From assembly GCF_018389705.1 (NCBI RefSeq), contig NZ_CP065581.1, positions 120,001-152,000 of the forward strand: DNA of 32,000 bases, written 5' to 3'. A program made the position numbers and the translations under genes. The DNA is from Mycoplasma mycoides subsp. capri (lineage in GTDB: Bacteria; Bacillota_I; Bacilli_A; Mycoplasmatales; Mycoplasmataceae). The notes under the pieces were generated by a model, which was not told the DNA's origin, ran no database searches, and saw only the letters and a list, made by a program, of their open reading frames with translations. Below, one piece after another: positions 10,831-18,842 of the stretch (its first letter is position 1; each line of letters begins with the position of its first letter).

Positions 10831-11751
10831 TTAGTTTAATGTTGATATAGATCTCATAACTAGATCTATATCTTTGTTTTCTAATTCATTAATAATGTGC
10901 AAATAAATTCTTTCTGTTGTGTTCATACTAGAATGTCCTAATCTTTTTGCAACTGAAGCTATAGAAACTCCAGCATACAATAAAATAGAAGCATGAGTGT
11001 GTCTTAAACCATGAATACTAATAATTGGAATATTAGCTTTTTTACATCTTCTAGCTAATGTATCGTTTATAGTAGAGTTAAATATTTTTTCTTTAAAGAT
11101 AAAAATTGGTTTATTTTTTTCAAGATTGTTAATAAGTGAAGCAAATCTTGAAACAGTTTGTCAGTCTAGTTGTATTTTTCTTATTGAAGATTTATTTTTA
11201 GTTGGTAAAAATCCACCAGCTTCTTTATAATTTCAAGTTTTTGAAATATTTAAAAGTTGTTTTGTAAAATCAAAATCTTCAGGAGTTAGTGCAATAGCTT
11301 CAGAAAACCTCAATCCTGTTTTTGCAATTAAAAAAATTAGCCAATCAAAATTTAATTTATCCTTTAAATTTAATTGTTTTAATAGTAATTGCAATTCAAA
11401 GTTACTTAAGAATTTAATTTTTTTAGGCTTTGCTGCTTTACCTTTTATTACAACTTTTCTAGTTGGATCTTTAGTTAGTAATCCTTCATCAAATGCATCT
11501 AATAAACAACTTTTTAAATGGTGATGAAAGTCCATTGTAGTTTGTCTTTCGTGTTGTTGGGCATATTCATTAATGATCTCTTGATATGTCACTCTATCTA
11601 AATCGCACAATCTAGTAGTTGGTGCTATTTTTATGATTCAGTCTAATGTAAGCTCATATTTTTTAAAACTAACATTTCTAATAGAACCTCTTTTATATAC
11701 ATTTATTCAATTTTGAAAATATTTGTATAGCAATATATCGTCTTTTTTCAT
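10831..11751 (-). CDS. Tyrosine recombinase / phage-type integrase (XerC/Int-like), candidate hsdS-shuffling recombinase
   Basis: Reverse strand, TGA=Trp: MKKDDILLYKYFQNWINVYKRGSIRNVSFKKYELTLDWIIK...FLIAKTGLRFSEAIAL (Arg I)...ISIHGLRHTHASILLYAGVSIASVAKRLGHSSMNTTERIYLHIINELENKD (HxLRHTH, LGH, catalytic Tyr). 307 codons incl. stop. Confidence 0.95.
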
Positions 11752-11774
11752 TTATTTTCCCTTCATTTATACCC

Positions 11775-11805
11775 ACGCTGATGAAGGGTGATTAGTGAAT
11801 CTAGG
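11775..11805 (-). repeat. 31-bp repeat R2, inverted copy at the 3' end of the silent cassette
   Basis: acgctgatgaagggtgattagtgaatctagg = exact reverse complement of cctagattcactaatcacccttcatcagcgt. A 28-bp version is at 12336-12363. Confidence 0.95.
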
Positions 11806-12335
11806 GTTGAAATTAATAAAGATATCTTTTGTTGTTCTTTTGGATCGGAACTAGATATAATTTTCATCTTTTCCATTTCGCTTGTTGTTAACATCGGCAT
11901 TGCAACTCATGTTACGCTTTTACTTGTATTTTTTGAAATGATTATCGAGAAATATTCGTTCACATTAAAGTGTTTTTTAGTTAGTATTCCGCAATGAGAA
12001 GTTGCAAAAAAACTATGTTTTCTGTAAAAAACCGTCCCCGCTTTAGCACCATCGGTTGTTCAAGTTATTGCATCCTCAAATGTGTATTTATTATAATAGC
12101 CGATTAAACCATTTTCGGTTGTTTGTGATGAATAAACGGGGTATTTAAAGTCACCAGTCTTTATAGAACTCATGTCTTTTTTTGTTATTCCTAAACCCCT
12201 ATCAATATTAAATATTTCTCCTATTTTTCACTGTTCTCAAGTGTGAGTGTATTTTTGTACTTTTTTTAAAAATCGAGTTGAAAATTTTAAAAAATCAAAG
12301 ACAAAATTTCTGAATTTTCAAAAATTACACTCTCA

Positions 12336-12790
12336 CTGATGAAGGGTGATTAGTGAATCTAGGTTAGAAAATAATGATGAAATTCTTATTTTTTCAGTTA
12401 ATTTAGGAAGTTTCATTTCAAATAAAGAAAATTTTGATATTCAATGTCTTTCATGAGCTTCTGGTTCAAAATTTAAGCTTTTAATTAATAAAAAGTTAAA
12501 AAATAAATTATCATTATTTTTTCTATTTGACAACAACTTGATAGCTGAACTTTTTACCTTAAAATTAAAATTAATCAAGTGTATTGCTGTTGTAAAGTCA
12601 TCAAATATTAAAACAGGTTTTTCATTATTTACATATTTGATTCCAAAATTTTCTCTTGTGTAACCTAATATAAATGACTTACCTGCGGTTAACACAGGAA
12701 TTCCTGACTTTGTATATTTTTCTGATTTAACAATGTAATTCGTTGGTTGTTCATATATAAGTAGATTACCCAACTTTTCCTGTTCTCAAG
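12336..12790 (-). repeat. 455-bp inverted repeat arm 2 (TRD-A copy in silent cassette)
   Basis: Reverse complement of 6483-6937; identity breaks at 12335 (T vs C) and 12791 (A vs G). Confidence 0.95.
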
Positions 12791-12910
12791 TGTTTGTTAA
12801 TTTTAAGTTGTTTTTGGTTTTATTAAAATCAATATAGACTAAAAAATACACTTTAAATTTGTTAATTTAGTTAATATCTAAAATTGATAAAATTGTAAAT
12901 AGAGGTTAAT

Positions 12911-13918
12911 ATGTCAATAAGTACTTTTCATACCTATCTTTTAGATAGCACAGATTATATTAAATATGTCAATAAAAGTTGAACTGGAGTAATATATAAA
13001 ATTTCAAAAAACTTTATTAATAATGAACAAGTAAAAAATGAAGTAGATCTTAAATCTGCTGGTATTTATTTTCTAGTCAAACAAGATGTTACAAATAAAA
13101 GTGTTTATATAGGTCAAGCAGATGTAAGAAATGATAACACAGGAATACTTACAAGAGTACTAGCTCATTTTAAAGAACCAAAAACAAAAGATTTTGATTA
13201 TGTTTATATTTTAACTAGTACAAATAACTTGCTAGGAGCAACTGAACTTAAATACTTAGAGTATTGTTTTATTAATAGAGTTGATAATAAATTAATTAGT
13301 CTAAAAAATGAGAATTCAGGAAGTAAGGGTAATATATCTTTATATGATCAAAAACATTGAGAAGATTTTTTAGATAATACAATTACTATTTTTAGATCTA
13401 TAGGTTTTGATATTTTTACAAGAAAAATAAATACTAAACAAGAATCTTTAAACCTATTATTGGATAACAAACAAACTAGTAAGAATAGTTATTTTAAAAT
13501 GGTAAAAAAAGATAAGCATACAAAACAAATCTTAACTGCTTATTGTATAAAAAGAGATGATAAATGAGTTGTTCTAGCAGGTTCTCAAATAAGATTAAAT
13601 AATAGTAATTTTAATTATTTTAAAAATATGTTCAAATCAATTAAAGAAAAAAGAGATGATTTAATTTCTAAGCAAAAAATAATTAATGGAATATTACAAG
13701 AAGATCAGGAATTTAGTTCAAGTTCTTATGCTTCAGTTTTTGTTTTAGGTAGATCTAGTAATGGTAAACAAGAATGAAAACCTTGTAATAAAATACCAGA
13801 CTTGAGTAATTTATTATCAAAATCAAATAGTATAGATAAAGAAATTTTATATAGAATTTGTAAGAATAGAAGAAATGATAAGAATAAAAAAATAATTGCT
13901 TATTGTAAAAAAAACTAA
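12911..13918 (+). CDS. GIY-YIG domain protein with C-terminal DUF4357-like domain
   Basis: MSISTFHTYLLDSTDYIKYVNKSWTGVIYKISKNFINN...LKSAGIYFLVKQDVTNKSVYIGQADVRNDNTGILTRVLAHFKE (GIY..YIG..R..H)...QILTAYCIKRDDKWVVLAGSQIR...SSSYASVFVLGRSSNGKQEWK (DUF4357-like). TAA at 13916-13918 just after an A8 tract. Confidence 0.85.
13738..13764 (+). repeat. 27-bp direct repeat in tandem DUF4357 domains, copy 1
   Basis: ttttgttttaggtagatctagtaatgg (FVLGRSSNG), identical to 14096-14122. Confidence 0.9.
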
Positions 13919-14147
13919 TGAAAACAAATTTGTTGTACTAAAAAACTCAGATATTGAAATGATTGAAGCTAATCACTTTAAAACAAAACTTTTACATATT
14001 CATAATTTAAGAAAAGAATGTATAAAAAACAAAATTATAGTTGATTATAAACTTTTAGATTATGTTGAATTTAAATCTTTATCTAGTGCTTCATCTTTTG
14101 TTTTAGGTAGATCTAGTAATGGAAATATTGACTGAGAAAAACAATAA
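13896..14147 (+). pseudogene. Out-of-frame second DUF4357-like domain, continuation of the GIY-YIG gene after a frameshift
   Basis: ..KKTNENKFVVLKNSDIEMIEANHFKTKLLHIHNLRKECIKNK...FKSLSSASSFVLGRSSNGNIDWEKQ*. Only a TTG start inside the previous gene; an A8->A7 change at 13907-13914 joins both ORFs into ..KKIIAYCKKTNENKFVVLKNS.., matching the first copy's QILTAYCIKRDDKWVVLAGS. Confidence 0.75.
14096..14122 (+). repeat. 27-bp direct repeat in tandem DUF4357 domains, copy 2
   Basis: Identical to 13738-13764. Confidence 0.9.
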
Positions 14148-14693
14148 CATGATATAAAAAAACTAGATTCCCCAAATCCCCATACTCCATTTCTATAATT
14201 TAGATTTAAAAAAATTCTATTATTATTTATATTTCTAGATCAGAATAACTATTTTACATATGCTATTTTAAAAAAAAGAAAGCTATTTTAAAGATTAAAA
14301 CATACACAATTAATTTGTAAAACAAGAAATAATTTTAATAATTTATATTTTTGGGTTAACAAAAACAATAAAATACTTTTTTAAAACTTTCATAATTAAA
14401 ATTACAAAATAAAAATGCATTATTAAAAAAGTTATATTACTTTAATAAAAATAATTCTTTTAAAAAAGAGTAGTTTTTTTAGAATATAAAAAAATCGTTG
14501 CAAATAATTTTAGAGTCTACTATTGTTTTTATAGGTAAATAGTGTTACATTTGTTTTTAAGAATTTGTAGCCCTTTGTTAAAATACTATAAATTCAACAA
14601 AAATAATTTACATGTTTTAAGTGTGTGGTTATTTTTACATAAAACCTAAATTAAAGATAAAGTTTTATCTAAATTATAGAAAAAAATAATCCT

Positions 14694-16238
14694 ATGAAAA
14701 AACATTCTTATTTATACAAGTGAATATTAATTATATGATTTATTATTTCACTTTCTATCACAATACCTCTAGTATTTAAATTTATACATCTTTTTAATGC
14801 TGATGATAGTCATTCTTTAACTACTAAAATTATAATTGCTGTTTTATTAACTATTAATGGAACGATTTTTTGTTTATTTTGATTAAAATCAACACGAGAT
14901 TTAATTTTTTCTCTATTTTTCATTATCAAAAAAAAGAGTTTGTTGAAACTATATCACCCAATTACAAAAACTAAACTTAGAGAGAATTTTTTAAGTAAAA
15001 AAGTAGTTGTATTGTATTGTACTTGTGATGACTTTAGTAAGGATGCTTTATTAAGATCAATGAATCAAGATTATAAGAATTATGAAATAGTAATACTAGA
15101 TGATAGTAAAAAACTAGAACAAATTAAAGAAATTGATGAATTTAGTAATCAATATAACATTAAAGTTATTAGAAGAACAAACCGTATTGGTTATAAAGCT
15201 GGTAATTTAAATAATTATTTAAAAAATAATCCTGATTATGATTATTTTGTTGTTTTAGATAGTGATGAAATTATTCCAAATAACTTTATAACTGAATCTT
15301 TAAAGTATTTTCAATTTGATGAAAAAATTGGTGCAGTTCAGGCATATCATGCAGCAAGCAAAGGTAAAAACTTATTTCAATATTTATTAGGAGATTCTAA
15401 TAATAACACAGCACTTTCATTTCATATTATGAGAGATATTTTTGGAGAAACTTCTTTACTTGGACATGGGATGATTTTAAGCAAACAAGCTTATGAAAAA
15501 ACAGGAGGATTCCCACATTTATTAGTTGAAGATACTTCTATGTCAGCTGAACTTAAAAAACAAGGTTTTAAAATAGCTTATGCATCAAACATTTTATGTT
15601 ATGAAGATTTTCCAACTAATTATATTGCTTTAAAAAAAAGACAAAGTCGATGAACTGCTGGTAATGTTCAATATATAAGAAAGTATGGCAAGCAAAATAG
15701 AAAAATAGATTATAAATGATTTGAGAGAATAGATTTATTATTAAATCATTATTCTCTTCCATTAGTCCCAATATTTGGATTTATATTTTTAATAAACTTC
15801 ATTATTTTAGGTTTCATAGATTTTCAGGCTAGATTTTATGAAACTGCTTTTATAATTATTTGAATTTTATTTTTATTATCTCCAATTTTAGTAAATGCAA
15901 TTCATCATAGTAAGAATAAAAAAATAATTTGAATTATTCCAAATTTTATTGCAACAATTGCTACTTACACCAGTCTAACTATAACTTTACTACTATCAGT
16001 TTTTTTAGCATTGTTTAATAGAAAACCTAAGTTTATAGTCACTCCAAAAACGAATACAAAAATCTCTTTAAAATATATAATATTGCATTCGCTAATTCCT
16101 ATTTTATTTGGTGCAGTTGTAATTCTTTTAACTTATTTTTCTTGAGATTCAGTATTACCTACATTAGTAATCAGTTTGCCCTGTTTATTAACACCATTTA
16201 TTATTCTTTTTTCAAACTTTAAAATAAATGCAAAATAA
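14694..16238 (+). CDS. Membrane processive glycosyltransferase, GT2 / cellulose-synthase-like (candidate exopolysaccharide synthase)
   Basis: Two N-terminal TM segments, then VVVLYCTCDDFSKDALLRSMNQDYKNYEIVILDDS...YFVVLDSDE (DxD)...LLVEDTSMSAELKKQGFK (ED)...KKRQSRW (QxxRW), then several C-terminal TM segments. 515 codons incl. stop. Confidence 0.9.
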
Positions 16239-16397
16239 TTTTAATAATTTAATATTACTAATTTAATTACTCACTTTTTATAGAAAAAATGTATAATATT
16301 TTTTAGGCGATTTTTATTGTGGGAGAACTTATTTTTATAATTCATATGAACCACAGCGGATAAAAAACGACCTTAAAATTATAAGGAGAACAAATTC

Positions 16398-16826
16398 GTG
16401 GCTAAAAAAATCACACGTGTAGCTAAATTAGAATTTATGGCTATGCAAGCAAAACCTGGTGCAGAATTAGCTTCACTAGGTATTAATATGCCTGCATTTA
16501 CTAGAGAATTTAACGATGCTACTAAAGATAGAGCAGGAGATGTAGTTCCTGTTGTTATTACAGCATATGATGATAAATCATTTGACTTTGTTTTAAAAAC
16601 TACACCAACAGCATATATGCTAAAAAAAGTTGCAAAAATTGAAAAAGGAGCAAGTAACTCTAGAACTCAAACTGTTGCAACTGTTACACTAGATGATATT
16701 AGATCTATAGCAGAATACAAAATGCCAGATTTAAATGCAAATACTATTGAAGCAGCTATGAAACAAGTTATTGGAACAGCTAAAAATATGGGAATTAAAG
16801 TTACTGGTATGGAGGACTTTAAATAA
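16398..16826 (+). CDS. rplK: 50S ribosomal protein L11 (GTG start)
   Basis: VAKKITRVAKLEFMAMQAKPGAELASLGINMPAFTREFN; RBS aaggag upstream. Confidence 0.97.
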   Translation: MAKKITRVAKLEFMAMQAKPGAELASLGINMPAFTREFNDATKDRAGDVVPVVITAYDDKSFDFVLKTTPTAYMLKKVAKIEKGASNSRTQTVATVTLDDIRSIAEYKMPDLNANTIEAAMKQVIGTAKNMGIKVTGMEDFK

Positions 16827-17506
16827 TGGCTAAAATTAGTAAAAGATTCAAAGAAGCTTTAAGCAAAGTTGAAAAAAATAAAGTTTATCCATTAACTCAA
16901 GCTCTAGATTTAGCAAAACAAACTTCTACAACTAAATTTGATTCAACAGTTGAAATTGCATTTAATTTAAATATTGATCCTAGAAAAGCTGATCAACAAA
17001 TTCGTGGTGCTGTAGTTTTACCAGCTGGAACTGGAAAAACTCAAAGAGTTTTAGTTTTAACTAATACTAAAACTAAAGAAGCTGAACAAGCAAAAGCAGA
17101 TATTGTTGGTGGAGAAGAACTAATCAATAGAATTAAAAATGAAAACTGATTTGATTTTGATATTATTGTTGCTACTCCAGAAATGATGGCAAAATTAGGA
17201 GCAATTGGTAAAATTTTAGGTCCTAAAGGATTAATGCCAAACCCAAAAACTGGAACTGTAACTTTAGATGTTGCTAAAGCAGTTGATGATATTAAAAAAG
17301 GAAAAGTTGAATATCGTGCTGATAAAGAAGGAAATATTCATTTAATTATTGGTAAAGTTTCATTTGAAATTGAAAAATTAGAAGAAAACTTTAAAGCAGT
17401 TGTTGATGAAATAAGAAGAGTTAAACCTCAAACTGTAAAAGGTGATTACATTAAAAATGTAACTTTATCAACAACAATGGGTCCTGGTATCAAAGTTGAA
17501 TTTTAA
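16826..17506 (+). CDS. rplA: 50S ribosomal protein L1
   Basis: [61 protein letters not shown]...[25 protein letters not shown]; start overlaps rplK stop (TAATG). Confidence 0.97.
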
Positions 17507-17510
17507 TAAT

Positions 17511-17543
17511 TAAACAACTCATATATGTGAGTTGTTTTTTTGT
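17511..17543 (+). terminator. Rho-independent terminator after rplA
   Basis: AACAACTCAtatatgTGAGTTGTTttttt. Confidence 0.85.
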
Positions 17544-17584
17544 AAATAAATATAAACATAATAAAAATAAATGATAATATTATA

Positions 17585-17725
17585 TTGCTATTAATACCTA
17601 AGACAGTAACGGGGAAATTCCCTTAATCATGTTACCGAGGAAAAGACTTGTTTTAAAAAACATTTTTTGTTTTGTCCTTGGTTTAGTGTTACTAGCCAAG
17701 GTTTTTATTTTATTTAATAAAGGAG
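17585..17725 (+). promoter_or_regulatory. Ribosomal protein L10(L12) autoregulatory leader
   Basis: atacctaagacagtaacggggaaattcccttaatcatgttaccgagg...tgtccttggtttagtgttactagccaagg upstream of rplJ: structured mRNA leader characteristic of L10 leaders. Confidence 0.8.
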
Positions 17726-17733
17726 GAGTCTAA

Positions 17734-18231
17734 ATGTCAAATTCAAGACCTGCTCATGCACGTAAAGCTGAAATAGTTGCTGAAATTGTTTCAAAAATTA
17801 AAAGTGCTCAAGGTGTTGCAATTGCTGAATACAAGCATTTAACAGTTGCTAAAATGACTGAATTAAGAGTTCAAGCCTTAAAACAAAATATTGATATTAA
17901 GGTTTATAAAGATTCACTTGTAAGAAGAGCTGCTGAAGAATTAGGTTTAGTTGATTTAATTCCATTTTTAACTCAACAAAACGTGTTTATCTTCTCAAAT
18001 GAAGATTCAATTTCTGCAGCTAAATTAGTTGCAAATTTTGCTAAGAAAAATGATGCTCTTAAATTAAAAGCTGGTATTTATGAAGGTAAAGTTGTTGATA
18101 CTGCTGGAATCAACGAAGTTGCTTCATTACCATCAAAAGAAGAACTATACTCAATGTTTGCTTCAAGCTTACTATACCCATTGAGAAAAGTTATGGCTGC
18201 TATTAACGCAGTTGCTGAAACTAGAAATTAA
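17734..18231 (+). CDS. rplJ: 50S ribosomal protein L10
   Basis: MSNSRPAHARKAEIVAEIVSKIKSAQGVAIAEYKHLTVAKMTELRVQALKQNIDIKVYKDSLVRRA. Confidence 0.96.
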   Translation: MSNSRPAHARKAEIVAEIVSKIKSAQGVAIAEYKHLTVAKMTELRVQALKQNIDIKVYKDSLVRRAAEELGLVDLIPFLTQQNVFIFSNEDSISAAKLVANFAKKNDALKLKAGIYEGKVVDTAGINEVASLPSKEELYSMFASSLLYPLRKVMAAINAVAETRN

Positions 18232-18303
18232 TAAACTATACAATTATTCCGTATTAGTAGCAAGATTTTAAACAATTTATATATATAAAGGAGAATTAAT
18301 ATC

Positions 18304-18672
18304 ATGCCAATCACTAAAGATGAAATTATTAAAGCATTAGAAGAAATGAAATTAAACGAATTAAACGAATTAGTTAAAGCTATTGAAGACCACTTTGGAG
18401 TTGTTGCATCAGTTGGTGTTGCAGCTGCTGCTCCAGCTGAAGCTGCAAATGCTGCTCCAACTGAAGTTTCAGTTGTTATGACTTCAGTAGGACAACAAAA
18501 AGTTGCAGTTATTAAAGTAGTTAAAGAATTAACTGGTGTAGGATTAATGGATGCTAAAAAAATTGTTGATGGAACAATGCCTGTAACTATTAAAGAACAC
18601 GTAAAACCAGAAGAAGCTGAAGAAATGAAAGCTAAATTAGTTGAAGCTGGAGCTTCAATTGATTTAAAATAA
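18304..18672 (+). CDS. rplL: 50S ribosomal protein L7/L12
   Basis: MPITKDEIIKALEEMKLNELNELVKAIEDHFGVVASVGVAAAAPAE...VIKVVKELTGVGLMDAKKIVDG. Confidence 0.97.
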   Translation: MPITKDEIIKALEEMKLNELNELVKAIEDHFGVVASVGVAAAAPAEAANAAPTEVSVVMTSVGQQKVAVIKVVKELTGVGLMDAKKIVDGTMPVTIKEHVKPEEAEEMKAKLVEAGASIDLK

Positions 18673-18696
18673 TCAAATTTTTGAATAATTTTTAAA

Positions 18697-18724
18697 CTCA
18701 CCATAATGGGTGAGTTTTTGTGTG
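18697..18724 (+). terminator. Terminator after rplL
   Basis: AACTCACCataatGGGTGAGTTttt hairpin. Confidence 0.75.
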
Positions 18725-18842
18725 TTTAATTGCTTTTTATACTAAAAAAAAATATAATTAAATAATCGAGTGTAGTTTAGTTGTTAAGAGCTTCTGCTAT
18801 GCTCTATCTTATTTTTTGGTCAACTATAAAAGGATTAAATCT

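Larger units (their letters stand above)
11775..12790 (-). pseudogene. Silent/donor hsdS cassette with two TRDs (TRD-A copy + novel TRD-C), truncated at both ends at repeat sequences
   Basis: Reverse strand open (TGA=Trp): ..[32 protein letters not shown]...[TRD-A identical to + strand TRD1]...[200 protein letters not shown]. Lacks the N-terminal [15 protein letters not shown], an ATG start and the C-terminal helix. Confidence 0.88.

Noticed and set aside
10831-11751. Reading the tyrosine recombinase as evidence of an integrated prophage or ICE
   Set aside because: No capsid, terminase, conjugation or excisionase genes and no att-like pair bounding a larger island; proximity to inverted hsdS repeats favours a local shuffling role.
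11788-11997. 69-aa plus-strand ORF
   Set aside because: Antisense to TRD-C in the silent hsdS cassette, which has clear HsdS character on the - strand.
13896-14147. Treating the second DUF4357 ORF as an independent gene
   Set aside because: Only a TTG start inside the previous gene with no clear RBS, and the first residues match the upstream domain only when joined through the poly-A tract.
18228-18704. 158-aa minus-strand ORF antisense to rplL
   Set aside because: Fully overlaps strongly identified rplL; an artefact of its Ala/Val-rich codons.
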